Origin: Candidatus Omnitrophota bacterium | GTDB lineage: Bacteria; Omnitrophota; Gorgyraeia; JAGLLT01 | DNA length: 64,000 nucleotides | Reading direction: 5' to 3' | Assembly (NCBI GenBank): GCA_030632085.1 | Contig: DAOVJY010000002.1 | Span: 13,325-77,324, forward strand | Shown here: positions 53,922 through 63,890 of the stretch, in pieces | Layout of the letters: every line of letters begins with the position of its first letter | Numbering within the stretch: the first letter of the stretch is position 1 | Notes under the pieces: model-generated | Seen by the model: only the letters and a program-made list of their open reading frames with translations | Databases searched by the model: none | What the model was told of the DNA's origin: nothing | Translations under genes and position numbers: made by a program

Positions 53922-55345
53922 AATATAAAACGGTTATCGGACTTGAAGTTCATGTGCAGCTGGCCTCAAAGACTAAAATATTTTGCGGCTGCAGGACCAA
54001 CTTTGGAGCTGAGGCGAATACACAGATTTGCCCTGTTTGTTTAGGGCTTCCCGGTTCTTTGCCTGTTTTCAATAGAAAGGTTTTGGAATTAAGCCTGAAG
54101 GCCGCCATAACTTTAAATTGCACGATAGCTGAGACTATGAAGTTTGATAGGAAGAACTATTTTTATCCCGACTTGCCCAAGGCTTATCAGATCTCTCAAT
54201 TTGATATGCCCTTGGCGGTAAAAGGTTACTTGGATATCGAATTAAATGGTGGGAATAAAAGAATAGAGATTACCAGGGTTCATTTGGAAGAAGATGCCGG
54301 CAAGCTTATTCATACCCAAAAAGAAAGCCTGGTTGATTTTAATCGTTGCGGCACACCGCTGATAGAAATAGTTTCAGAACCGGATTTAAATAATCCCGAA
54401 GAAGCTTACAGCTATCTGAAGAAATTAAAAAGTATTCTTAATTACCTGGAAGTTTCAGACTGCAATATGCAGGAAGGTTCTTTGAGGTGTGATGCCAATA
54501 TTTCTTTAATGCCCCAAGGTAGTAATAAGTTGGGTACTAGAGCGGAAGTTAAAAATTTAAATTCTTTTAAAGCGGTTAAAGACGCCTTAACGTATGAAGT
54601 TACACGCCAACAAGCCGAGCTTGAAGAGGGGCGGAAAATTTTTCAAGAGACAAGATTGTGGGATGATACCGCCAAAAAGACAATTTCTATGCGCTCAAAA
54701 GAAGAAGCGCACGACTACCGCTATTTTCCCGAACCTGACTTGCCGAAATTTTTAATACAAACATCAATGATAAATGATATAAAAAAAAGCTTACCTGAAT
54801 TGGGGCACGAAAAGAAAGATAGGTTTGTAAAAGATTATTCTTTATCCGAATACGACGCTGACATTTTAACATCCTCAAAGGCTATGGCTGAGTATTATGA
54901 AAGGTGCCTTAAGATTCTAAATGAACCTAAAGAGGTGGCTAACTGGTTAATCGGCCCGGTGCTTTCTGAGCTTAAGAATCTTAATGAAGCCTTTGATTCC
55001 ATAAAACTTGATCCGCGAGAATTAATAGAAATGATTAAATTAATAAAAGAAAATAAAGTTAATGTTAACACTGCCAAAGAAGAAATATTACCGGAAATAA
55101 TTGAAAATTATAAAAAGACAGCCGATGTCCTTAAAGAAAAAGATATCTTACAGGTATCTGATGAGGCAGAGTTAAGTGCTTTTATAAAGCAGGTAATTAG
55201 TGAAAACGAAAAATCAATCAACGATTACCAACAAGGCAAAAAAAGTGCTATAATGTATCTAGTGGGACAGGTAATGCGGCTTTCAAAAGGTAAAGCCAAT
55301 CCCAAAAAAGTAAAAGAAATGTTAGAAAAAAAATTGGAGAACTAA
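53918..55345 (+). CDS. gatB: Asp/Glu-tRNA amidotransferase subunit B
   Basis: 475 aa. [10 protein letters not shown] and CDANISL motifs plus a C-terminal YqeY-like domain. Confidence 0.95.
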   Translation: MKYKTVIGLEVHVQLASKTKIFCGCRTNFGAEANTQICPVCLGLPGSLPVFNRKVLELSLKAAITLNCTIAETMKFDRKNYFYPDLPKAYQISQFDMPLAVKGYLDIELNGGNKRIEITRVHLEEDAGKLIHTQKESLVDFNRCGTPLIEIVSEPDLNNPEEAYSYLKKLKSILNYLEVSDCNMQEGSLRCDANISLMPQGSNKLGTRAEVKNLNSFKAVKDALTYEVTRQQAELEEGRKIFQETRLWDDTAKKTISMRSKEEAHDYRYFPEPDLPKFLIQTSMINDIKKSLPELGHEKKDRFVKDYSLSEYDADILTSSKAMAEYYERCLKILNEPKEVANWLIGPVLSELKNLNEAFDSIKLDPRELIEMIKLIKENKVNVNTAKEEILPEIIENYKKTADVLKEKDILQVSDEAELSAFIKQVISENEKSINDYQQGKKSAIMYLVGQVMRLSKGKANPKKVKEMLEKKLEN

Positions 55346-55349
55346 AATC

Positions 55350-56654
55350 ATGCCCAGGCGCAGGTCTATAATTTGGATAGTCATCTTTTCGTTAATATTT
55401 TTTGCAGTAGGGCTTAAGGGAGGTATATGTCTGGATGAAACTCAAAAAACACAAGTTGATGGTAGCCAGGAAGAGCTTTTTAAATGTTTAGAGCTTTTTT
55501 CAGGTGCCATTTCGTTAATTCAATCTAAATATGTTGACGAGGTTGATTCCAGAGAACTTATTTACGGTGCTTTAAAAGGTATGCTTTATTCACTCGACCC
55601 ATACAGTCAATTTTTAGATCCGGACGCGTACAATGACATGCAGGTGCAAACTGAAGGGGAGTTTGGCGGTTTGGGCATAGAGATTGCCATAAAGGATAAT
55701 ATTCTTACGATTATCAGCCCTATTCATGGCACCCCGGCTGAGAGAGCCGGAGTTATGGCGGGAGATAGGATAATTAAAATTGACAACGAAAGTACGGAAT
55801 CGATAACCCTACATGAAGCTGTCAAGAAATTGCGCGGTAAGCCTAAGACAGAAGTGACTCTCAGCGTTTTCAGGGAAAAGACAGGTAAGATATACGATAT
55901 TCCAATAATAAGGGATATTATTAAGATAGACAGCATAAAAGATGTACAGATGGTGGATGAGAAAATAGGTTATATAAGACTGGTTGAATTTCAGGAGAAT
56001 TCACCCGCCGAGTTTAAAAAAGCAATTATAAAGTTGAAAAAAGAAAACATGGATTCTTTGGTACTTGATTTAAGGAATAATCCCGGAGGCCTTTTAGATA
56101 GCGCCGTTCAGATTGCTGATATGCTTTTGCCGGCAGATGTAGTTATCGTTAGCACTAAAGGCAGAGACAGCGAAAAGGGATATGTTTTTAGTTCCAAAGA
56201 AAAATCTTTATTGGCTGATAATCAACCTATCGTTGTTCTAATCAATGAAGGTTCGGCCAGTGGTTCGGAGATTTTAGCCGGCGCCCTACAGGATTATAAT
56301 CGAGCTGTCCTTTTAGGCCAGAAGACATTCGGCAAGGGGTCTGTTCAGAGTGTTATCCCTATGAGCGATGGTTCAGCCGTAAGAATTACCACCAGTAAAT
56401 ATTATCTACCCAGCGGGCGCTCTATTCATGAAGAGGGTGTTAGCCCCGATATAGAAGTGGAAGAAATAACTATGGAGTTAAGCTCTGAAGAAAAATCGAA
56501 ACGCCTTTTTGATGAAATAGAAAAAGAAAACGATGAAGAACTTTCCGCGGAAAAATTGCAAGAATATGATTATCAACTTAAAAGAGCTATAGATTTAATT
56601 AAAGGCTTAAAAGTTTACGGCAAGAGAAATACAGAAATTGAAAAACAAAACTAA
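55350..56654 (+). CDS. ctpA: carboxy-terminal processing protease (S41)
   Basis: 434 aa. Signal-anchor N-terminus, PDZ domain, and the S41 catalytic region GSASGSEI...GQKTFGKGSVQ. Confidence 0.9.
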   Translation: MPRRRSIIWIVIFSLIFFAVGLKGGICLDETQKTQVDGSQEELFKCLELFSGAISLIQSKYVDEVDSRELIYGALKGMLYSLDPYSQFLDPDAYNDMQVQTEGEFGGLGIEIAIKDNILTIISPIHGTPAERAGVMAGDRIIKIDNESTESITLHEAVKKLRGKPKTEVTLSVFREKTGKIYDIPIIRDIIKIDSIKDVQMVDEKIGYIRLVEFQENSPAEFKKAIIKLKKENMDSLVLDLRNNPGGLLDSAVQIADMLLPADVVIVSTKGRDSEKGYVFSSKEKSLLADNQPIVVLINEGSASGSEILAGALQDYNRAVLLGQKTFGKGSVQSVIPMSDGSAVRITTSKYYLPSGRSIHEEGVSPDIEVEEITMELSSEEKSKRLFDEIEKENDEELSAEKLQEYDYQLKRAIDLIKGLKVYGKRNTEIEKQN

Positions 56655-57429
56655 TAAAATATTTTTTTGGATAATTTTAGTTTGTTTATTGCCTCTTTTT
56701 TTGATAGGTTGCCGGGATAAGCAGCCTGAACAACAGGCAAAGACTAAACAAAAAGAAGAAAAGGTTGAGTTTAAAGCAAGGGTTGCCATTGTAATTGATG
56801 ACTGGGGTTACAGTAAAAAATTATTCAATAAAACAGTTGCGCTGAAAACACCGGTAACTTTTTCCGTTTTGCCAAATTTAGATTATTCTTCTTATATTGC
56901 TTCAAAGGCGCATCTGGCGGGGTATGAAGTTATACTTCATTTGCCTATGGAGTCTTATAGCTTAATTGCCGCAGAGGAAGAATATCTTAAAGCCGGCATG
57001 AGTGACCGGGAAATATCTGATTATTTGGATAAATCTTTAGCAAGCGTGCCTTACGCTGATGGTGTTTCAAATCACCAGGGTTCAAAGGCAACCGAAGATA
57101 AAGAGCTTATGCGGCAGTTTTTTGATATTTTATCCAAGAAGGATTTATTTTTTCTGGATAGCTTTGTAACTTGTAATTCTCACGCTCTGGAAGTTGCTCT
57201 AAGTAAGGGAATTAAAAGTTTAGAACGCGCGGTTTTTCTTGATAATGAAAGCGATTTTGATTACATTAAAGGCCAGTTTAAACAGCTTCAGGAAATAGCT
57301 TTGGAAGAGAGCCGGGCAGTTGGCATTTGTCACGCCAGAAAGGCAACTATTGAAGTCCTGGAAAAACTTATTCCTGAAGCTAAAGAGAATAATATTGAGT
57401 TCGTTTTTTTATCCGAATTATTAAAATAG
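56638..57429 (+). CDS. divergent polysaccharide deacetylase family protein (YibQ-like, PF04748)
   Basis: 263 aa. Lipoprotein-like N-terminus (LIGC) and VAIVIDDWGY motif. Confidence 0.8.
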   Translation: MKNKTNKIFFWIILVCLLPLFLIGCRDKQPEQQAKTKQKEEKVEFKARVAIVIDDWGYSKKLFNKTVALKTPVTFSVLPNLDYSSYIASKAHLAGYEVILHLPMESYSLIAAEEEYLKAGMSDREISDYLDKSLASVPYADGVSNHQGSKATEDKELMRQFFDILSKKDLFFLDSFVTCNSHALEVALSKGIKSLERAVFLDNESDFDYIKGQFKQLQEIALEESRAVGICHARKATIEVLEKLIPEAKENNIEFVFLSELLK

Positions 57430-57441
57430 GATAACAAGTTA

Positions 57442-58455
57442 ATGAAAATACTTGGAATTGAAACTTCATGCGATGAGACGGCAGCCGCGGTTGTTTCCAA
57501 TGGTAAAATAGTTCTTTCTAATACGGTTTTATCCAGTCTGGATTTTCATAAGGAGTTCGGTGGAGTCATACCGGAGATTGCCCAGCGTTTTCATATGAAG
57601 TTTATTGATAAGGTGGCTCTCAAGGCGCTTAAGGCAGCTAAAATAAAAACAGACGAACTGGATGCTATAGCTGTTACTTATGGCCCCGGTTTAGTGGGGG
57701 CCTTGTTGGTGGGCGTATCTTTTGCTAAGAGCTTAAGTTATTCATTAAATAAGCCTTTAGTTGGAATTAATCATCTGCAGGCTCATATTTATTCCGTTTT
57801 AATGAGTCATAAAGGAATAAAATTACCTTGTGTGGGGTTAGTGGTTTCCGGGGGGCATACTAACCTGGTTTTAGTGAAAGATTTTTTAAATTACAAAACC
57901 TTGGGCCAGACACAGGATGATGCCGCCGGGGAAGCATTTGATAAGGTGGCCAAGATTTTAGGCCTGGGTTATCCGGGAGGCCCGATAATAAATAAACTAT
58001 CACGGAAAAAAAGAAAAGAAAAAATTTATTTTCCCAGGGCTTATCTTTCTAAAGACTCTTTGGATTTCAGTTTTTCAGGACTTAAAACCGCTGTTTTGTA
58101 TTACAGAAAAAAGATAAGAAATAAAAAGCTGAGCAAGCAGCAGCAGATAGATATCGCGGGTGCTTTTCAGGACGCGGTAGTTGATGTATTAGTTGATAAG
58201 GCGGTTTTAGCCGCGAAAAAATATAAAGTTAAAAATATAGTTGTTGGAGGCGGGGTAAGCCGAAACAGTTCATTGAGGGAGAAGCTAGCGGAAAAAGCCG
58301 CTTTAGAAGGATGTAAGGCTTATTTTCCGTTAGATGTTTATTGTCAGGATAACGCGGCTATGATTGCCGGCTTAGCCTATCATAAAGTAATAAGAAAAGA
58401 AGTTTCTGATTTGGATTTACAGGCCGAAACTTCTTTAGCGATAGATAAAAAATAG
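57442..58455 (+). CDS. tsaD: tRNA N6-adenosine threonylcarbamoyltransferase
   Basis: 337 aa. ILGIETSCDETAAAV, HLQAHI and VVSGGHT motifs of Kae1/TsaD. Confidence 0.93.
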   Translation: MKILGIETSCDETAAAVVSNGKIVLSNTVLSSLDFHKEFGGVIPEIAQRFHMKFIDKVALKALKAAKIKTDELDAIAVTYGPGLVGALLVGVSFAKSLSYSLNKPLVGINHLQAHIYSVLMSHKGIKLPCVGLVVSGGHTNLVLVKDFLNYKTLGQTQDDAAGEAFDKVAKILGLGYPGGPIINKLSRKKRKEKIYFPRAYLSKDSLDFSFSGLKTAVLYYRKKIRNKKLSKQQQIDIAGAFQDAVVDVLVDKAVLAAKKYKVKNIVVGGGVSRNSSLREKLAEKAALEGCKAYFPLDVYCQDNAAMIAGLAYHKVIRKEVSDLDLQAETSLAIDKK

Positions 58456-58463
58456 GAAATGAG

Positions 58464-59153
58464 GTGATGCTTATGAGTACCTTAGATTATCTTTGCCCAC
58501 TTGTTTTTTCGTTGATTTTATGCGGTTGTATCGGGCTTGAAAGAGAGTCTCACGGTAGAGCGGCCGGACTTAGAACGCACATACTTGTGGGCATAAGTTC
58601 GACTTTGATTGTCTTATCATCTATTTACATGGCCCAATCCCGTACGTATGGCATTGCCATTGATCCGGGCAGGGTAGCGGCCGGAGTTGTAACCGGTATT
58701 GGTTTTATCGGTGCCGGCACAATCATAAGGTTCAGGGCTTCAATTAAGGGGCTTACAACCGCCGCCAGCATATGGGCCGCGGCCGCGGTAGGCCTGGCCA
58801 TTGGTTCCGGATTTTATTTAGGCGCCCTGGTAACTACAGCCTTAATTCTCTTTTCCCTGGTCTTTTTAGGAAAAATTGAGAAAATGTTTATTAAGAAAAC
58901 TTATTATAAAAGTTTAGTTGTCATAAGTTCCGCGGAGGTTGGCAATCTTAAACTGATCAAGCAGGTTCTAGATAGTTATGAAGCTGATATAAAAGATTTT
59001 GAAATTTCCGTATCGAAAAAAAATGAACAGGTAAACCTATGTTTTGATTTAAAAATTGATGATAATATTGAAGAAGAATTGGTTACCGCTGTCGCGAGAA
59101 TTAAAGGTGTTGTTAGCGCCAGCTGGTTTAATAAACAAGAGGAGGTGAATTAA
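58464..59153 (+). CDS. mgtC: MgtC/SapB family membrane protein with C-terminal ACT-like domain
   Basis: 229 aa. ERESHGRAAGLRTHILVGISS and GIGFIGAGTII are MgtC hallmarks. Confidence 0.8.
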   Translation: MMLMSTLDYLCPLVFSLILCGCIGLERESHGRAAGLRTHILVGISSTLIVLSSIYMAQSRTYGIAIDPGRVAAGVVTGIGFIGAGTIIRFRASIKGLTTAASIWAAAAVGLAIGSGFYLGALVTTALILFSLVFLGKIEKMFIKKTYYKSLVVISSAEVGNLKLIKQVLDSYEADIKDFEISVSKKNEQVNLCFDLKIDDNIEEELVTAVARIKGVVSASWFNKQEEVN

Positions 59154-59155
59154 AA

Positions 59156-59698
59156 ATGTTTAAGGGTTCTAGAGAGAACGCCGAAGGCAAAAAATCTAAG
59201 GTCCTCGACGTTGATGCCAGCATGCAAGGGAGCCTTGTTTTCAAAGATGCTGTGGATTTGAAAATTAGCGGTCAATTTGAAGGCAGCCTGGATGTAAAGG
59301 GGAATCTTACCGTTGGGGAAAATGCTTCGGTAAATGCCGAAGTTAAAGGCGAGAATATAACCGTCTCAGGTAAGATAGTCGGTGATATAATTACCAGCTC
59401 TAAACTTACTCTCACCAGAACGGCGAGAATAATAGGGGATATTAAAACGCCGGTTTTAAAAGTAGAAGAAGGGGCTGTTTTGCAGGGGAACTGCCAGATG
59501 ATTTCCAATGAGGAACCGTCAGGTAAAAAAAAAGAAATTCTAAACACTGAGCAGCTCGCGGAATATCTTGAAGTCGAATTTGACGAGGTTGATGAGTGGA
59601 TAAAAAATCGAAAGATACCGGCCTTTAAGGAAAATAACGAATGGAAGTTTGATAAGGCAAAAATTGATGCCTGGGTTGTCTCGGAGAAAATAAAGTAA
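59156..59698 (+). CDS. bactofilin (DUF583) fused to a C-terminal excisionase-family HTH_17 DNA-binding domain
   Basis: Residues about 25-120 form bactofilin beta-helix repeats (KISGQFEGSLDVKGNLTVGENASVNAEVKGENITVSGKIVGDI...). The C-terminus LNTEQLAEYLEVEFDEVDEWIKNRKIPAFKENNEWKFDKAKIDAWV matches the excisionase-type HTH (TIGR01764/PF12728) consensus. Confidence 0.75.
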   Translation: MFKGSRENAEGKKSKVLDVDASMQGSLVFKDAVDLKISGQFEGSLDVKGNLTVGENASVNAEVKGENITVSGKIVGDIITSSKLTLTRTARIIGDIKTPVLKVEEGAVLQGNCQMISNEEPSGKKKEILNTEQLAEYLEVEFDEVDEWIKNRKIPAFKENNEWKFDKAKIDAWVVSEKIK

Positions 59699-59775
59699 TT
59701 AAATTGAGGGCAATTATTAGTAATTAAGCAAAGAAATAGTTAAGCTGATAATAAAAAGAAAAATATAATTAGATT

Positions 59776-60120
59776 ATGTTTGAAGAAAAACTTTTAAGTT
59801 TAAAAGCGGCGGCGGAATATCTAGGTATCACCGAGAAACGCCTCAAAGAACTTTCAGACCACGGAGTTATTCCCGCATATAGGATTGCCGGTTTATATTT
59901 ACGTTTTAAAAAGAGCCAGCTTGGGAAGTTAAAAGGGAAAATGAGTAATATTCAGAATCAGTATTCTCAATATCAGCAGACCAGAAGTTCATTTACCAGA
60001 GATGTAGTCTATACAACCAAGGATAGGTTAAGGGATTTCTGGCATTTTTATGATTTTTACATTATCAGTGTGGTATTGATAGCCGGGATTTTATTTATTA
60101 TTTTTAGACATACTTTATAA
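59776..60120 (+). CDS. membrane-anchored excisionase-family HTH_17 protein
   Basis: 114 aa. N-terminal LSLKAAAEYLGITEKRLKELSDHGVIPAYRIAGLYLRFKKSQL (HTH_17) and a C-terminal TM helix (IISVVLIAGILFIIF). Confidence 0.55.
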   Translation: MFEEKLLSLKAAAEYLGITEKRLKELSDHGVIPAYRIAGLYLRFKKSQLGKLKGKMSNIQNQYSQYQQTRSSFTRDVVYTTKDRLRDFWHFYDFYIISVVLIAGILFIIFRHTL

Positions 60121-60141
60121 AAGGTAAATTTTATACTAACG

Positions 60142-61365
60142 TTGATGGATTATCAAAATATCTATTTTATTAGCGCGATAATATTGGGCTTCTATATGGC
60201 CTGGAACATCGGTGCCAACGATATGGCGAACGCGATGGCCAGCTGTGTTGGAGCTAAAGCGGTTACTTTAAAACAGGCCGTTTTTATAGGGGCTATTCTA
60301 TGTTTTTTTGGAGCTACCTTAGTGGGTGGCCATGTAGCTGATACAATAAAAAAAGGTATTGTCGATACTTCCGCCATCGCTGATTTAGACATTATAATAA
60401 AAGGTTTATTGGCTACGTTATTAGCCGCCGGCATTTGGATTACTTTTGCTACCTGGTTTGCCTGGCCGGTTTCCACTACGCATTCTATCATAGGAGCTTT
60501 AGTCGGTTTTGGTTTATTCGCGATTGGGCCTCAGTCGATTAATTGGAGTAAGCTTATCGGAGTTGTGATTAGCTGGGTTAGCTCCCCTGTTTTTGCCGGA
60601 CTGACGGCTTTTGTTTTTTTTAAAATTATTCATAGGTTTATTTTATCCGTTGATGAGAGCGAAAAAGCGACAGTTAAAATCGGGCCTATCTTTATAGGCA
60701 TGACTTTTTTTCTGGTGGTAATGTCTTTATTATTAAAGAGCCCATTGGGTAAACTTTTGGAAATTGGGTTAGCTGACGGATTATTGTATGCTTTGACGGC
60801 GGCCGTTATAAGCGGAGCCCTCGGGTTTTTGTTTATCAGGAAAGTGGTCGCGAAAGGTTACAAAGTAGAAGATGTCTTTAGGGTTTTACAAATTATGACA
60901 TCATGCTATATCGCGTTTTCTATAGGAGCTAACGATGTTGCTAATGCTGTTGGCCCGGTAGCCGGTATCCTGGGTATTATAAAAGACCAGAGCCTTCAAT
61001 GTAAAGTGCAGGTACCTGTAAATCTTTTGGCTATGGGAGGAGTTGGTATTATTTTAGGTATGGCTACATGGGGTTACAAGGTTATCGGTACTGTGGGCAG
61101 TAAAATTACAGAGTTGACTAATTCAAGAGGATTTTCTATTGATTTTTCGGCGGCTACCAGTGTGCTTATAGCTTCAAAAATGGGTATGCCGGTTTCAACC
61201 ACACACGCGGTGATCGGGGCGGTTTGCGGTGTGGGGCTGGCCCGCGGTTTAGACGCGGTTGATTTTAGAATTGTGAAGAAGATTTTTGTCTCGTGGATAG
61301 CCACCATACCGGCGGCGGCAATTACATGTATACTGCTATATAAATTGTTTATGTGGCTTTTTTAA
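60142..61365 (+). CDS. pit: inorganic phosphate transporter, PiT family
   Basis: 407 aa. Duplicated GANDMANA / GANDVANA signatures. Confidence 0.9.
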   Translation: MMDYQNIYFISAIILGFYMAWNIGANDMANAMASCVGAKAVTLKQAVFIGAILCFFGATLVGGHVADTIKKGIVDTSAIADLDIIIKGLLATLLAAGIWITFATWFAWPVSTTHSIIGALVGFGLFAIGPQSINWSKLIGVVISWVSSPVFAGLTAFVFFKIIHRFILSVDESEKATVKIGPIFIGMTFFLVVMSLLLKSPLGKLLEIGLADGLLYALTAAVISGALGFLFIRKVVAKGYKVEDVFRVLQIMTSCYIAFSIGANDVANAVGPVAGILGIIKDQSLQCKVQVPVNLLAMGGVGIILGMATWGYKVIGTVGSKITELTNSRGFSIDFSAATSVLIASKMGMPVSTTHAVIGAVCGVGLARGLDAVDFRIVKKIFVSWIATIPAAAITCILLYKLFMWLF

Positions 61366-61427
61366 ATGAACACGCAATTTATGAAAGCAATAAACATAAA
61401 TTGCTTATTAAACGGAGGTGATGGTTT

Positions 61428-62096
61428 ATGTTTGGAAGAATTCCAATTTTATCTGTTCTAAGAAAATCTCCCTTTGATGATTTTGTTGAACACGCTTCTA
61501 AGGTTAATGAATGTATTCATATCTGGAAACAAGCGGTCAGTGCCTATTTAGAAAAGAAATATGATATCTTCGGGGAACTTTCCAATAAGGTCCAGCTCTT
61601 AGAACATGAAGCTGATTTAATAAAAGGTAAAATAAGCGCCCATTTGCCTAAAGGTATTTATATGCCTGTTTTTAAATCCGATTTCATGATGTGCCTTAAG
61701 GAACAGGATGCCGTTTTGGATCACGCGGAAGATACGGTTATCTGGCTCAGTTTCAAAAAGGTGGACATGTCTTTTATTAAAGATGAGTTACTGCAGCACA
61801 CCCAGAAAGTTACCGAGACCGTAGAAACGCTGGAAAAAGTAGCCCTAAGGCTAAAAGAGTTTTTTAGAACCTATAAAAACGCCACCAGAGAAGAAATGAA
61901 AGAACTCATTAAGGAGGTTCACCGTCAAGAGTGGGAATCTGACAGGATAGAAAAAGCGCTCACTAAAAAAGTTTTTAACTCCGGCAAAGACACTCTTTCA
62001 ATTTACTTTATGGTTAAAGCTATAAGTTTATCCGCCAGTATCGCGAACCACGCGGAAAACGCGGGTGATAGAATTAGAGCTATGATAGCTAAGTAA
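61428..62096 (+). CDS. DUF47/TIGR00153 (PhoU-like) Pit accessory protein
   Basis: 222 aa helical protein. Adjacent to pit, as is conserved for this family. Confidence 0.85.
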   Translation: MFGRIPILSVLRKSPFDDFVEHASKVNECIHIWKQAVSAYLEKKYDIFGELSNKVQLLEHEADLIKGKISAHLPKGIYMPVFKSDFMMCLKEQDAVLDHAEDTVIWLSFKKVDMSFIKDELLQHTQKVTETVETLEKVALRLKEFFRTYKNATREEMKELIKEVHRQEWESDRIEKALTKKVFNSGKDTLSIYFMVKAISLSASIANHAENAGDRIRAMIAK

Positions 62097-62165
62097 AGTA
62101 CGCATAGCCTTTCTTGACGTTATCTTTAATTGGCTGTATAATATAACCTAAAAGGGTTAGAAAAA

Positions 62166-63878
62166 TTGATTGATAACAGTAGACTCATAAAAGACAGTAT
62201 TCGCAACACAGGCTTGCTTACTGATGACCAGATTAGACAAGCCCTTGAATTTCAACTTAAAAGTAAAGATTGCTTTAGTCATATATTGGCTAAAATGGGG
62301 TTTATCGTTAATGAAGATGTGGTTAGCAGCCTACCTGATCAAATTGGACTTGTGCCCGTTTCTTTAAAAGATATAAAAGTTGATAATAAGGCCGTAAAAA
62401 AAGTTTCTTCATCTTTTGCTTATCAACATAGAATCCTACCTATAAATTTTCAAGACGACGTTTTAACCATAGTCACAGATGACCCGCTTAATTTTTTAGC
62501 TTTGGAGAATTTAAATAAAATATTAGGGTTAAAGATGAAAGCTATCCTTGTGACGGAAAGCGAACTCAAGGAGAAACAGAATTTATATTACGGAGATAAG
62601 AAAGAAGAAGAGAAGGCCTTAGATAATGTTGTCCAAACTATTGATACTGAAAAGGAATATTATGGCAAGGGCGAAGAAGCTGGATTTGCTTATGCTACCG
62701 GTGAAGAAGACGCTCCTATTATTCGTTTAGTAGGTTTAATACTAAGTGAGGCTGTAAAAAATAGGGCCAGTGATATTCATGTTGAACCCCTGGAGAAAGA
62801 ATTTAGGGTTCGCTATAGAATAGACGGCCTTTTGCATGAAGTACCCGCTCCGCCAAAACATTTACAAGGTTCAGTTATTAGTCGAATAAAACTTATGGCC
62901 GGCATAGATATTGCTGAGAAACGGCTGCCCCAGGACGGGCGTATCCGAGTTCGGCTTTTAGATAAAGATTTGGATTTGCGCGTTTCAACCTTGCCCGGAA
63001 TTTACGGCGAATCGGTAGTTATGAGAATTCTTGATAAGGCGAGTTTACTTATCGGTTTGGAAGAAATCGGTTTTCTTACTGAAGATAGAAAGAAATTTGA
63101 AGAGTTAATTGAACTGCCCAACGGTACACTCTTGGTTACCGGCCCTACGGGGTCGGGGAAAACCACTACCCTTTATGCCGCGCTTAATTATCTTAATAAA
63201 CCTAATAAAAAAATAATTACTATTGAAGATCCGGTTGAATATCAGATAAAAGGTATTAATCAGGTTCAAATAAGGCCCCAAATTGGTTTGACCTTTTCCT
63301 CGGGATTAAGAGCCATGCTTAGGCAGGCCCCCGATGTGATTCTTGTGGGTGAAATTCGCGACAAAGAGACGGCTTCAATTGCTATTCAGGCGGCGCTTAC
63401 CGGCCACCTGGTATTTTCTACACTGCATACTAATGATGCTCCGGGAGCGGTTACCCGATTGATTGATATGGGCATAAAAGGCTACCTGGTAGCTTCGACT
63501 CTGCAGGCGGTATTAGCTCAGAGATTAGTCAGGAGGATATGTCCCAACTGCAAAAAACCTTACACTCCAAAACCGGAAGAAATCAAGGCTATGGGATTAA
63601 AGGAAAAGGATTTGGTGGGAGCTGAATTCATGATGGGTGAGGGTTGTCCGGAATGCAGTAATACAGGCTTTAGGGGAAGGCAGGCAATTTTTGAAATGCT
63701 GATTGTAAACGACACAATAAGAGAAATGATTTTTGAGAAAAAATCAAGTTCTGAGATAAAAAATAAAGCCGTTCAACTGGGTATGAAAACTTTAAAAGAA
63801 AACGGCAAGATAAAAGCCCTTAAGGGTGTGACAACCATTTCAGAGGTTATACGTGTGGCCCAGATGGATGAATTATAA
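62166..63878 (+). CDS. pilB: type IV pilus assembly ATPase PilB / GspE-family secretion ATPase
   Basis: 570 aa. T2SE_Nter domain, Walker A LVTGPTGSGKTTT, His/Asp boxes, and tetracysteine CPNCKK...CPEC. TTG start. Confidence 0.82.
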   Translation: MIDNSRLIKDSIRNTGLLTDDQIRQALEFQLKSKDCFSHILAKMGFIVNEDVVSSLPDQIGLVPVSLKDIKVDNKAVKKVSSSFAYQHRILPINFQDDVLTIVTDDPLNFLALENLNKILGLKMKAILVTESELKEKQNLYYGDKKEEEKALDNVVQTIDTEKEYYGKGEEAGFAYATGEEDAPIIRLVGLILSEAVKNRASDIHVEPLEKEFRVRYRIDGLLHEVPAPPKHLQGSVISRIKLMAGIDIAEKRLPQDGRIRVRLLDKDLDLRVSTLPGIYGESVVMRILDKASLLIGLEEIGFLTEDRKKFEELIELPNGTLLVTGPTGSGKTTTLYAALNYLNKPNKKIITIEDPVEYQIKGINQVQIRPQIGLTFSSGLRAMLRQAPDVILVGEIRDKETASIAIQAALTGHLVFSTLHTNDAPGAVTRLIDMGIKGYLVASTLQAVLAQRLVRRICPNCKKPYTPKPEEIKAMGLKEKDLVGAEFMMGEGCPECSNTGFRGRQAIFEMLIVNDTIREMIFEKKSSSEIKNKAVQLGMKTLKENGKIKALKGVTTISEVIRVAQMDEL

Positions 63879-63890
63879 AGAAAGGTACAT

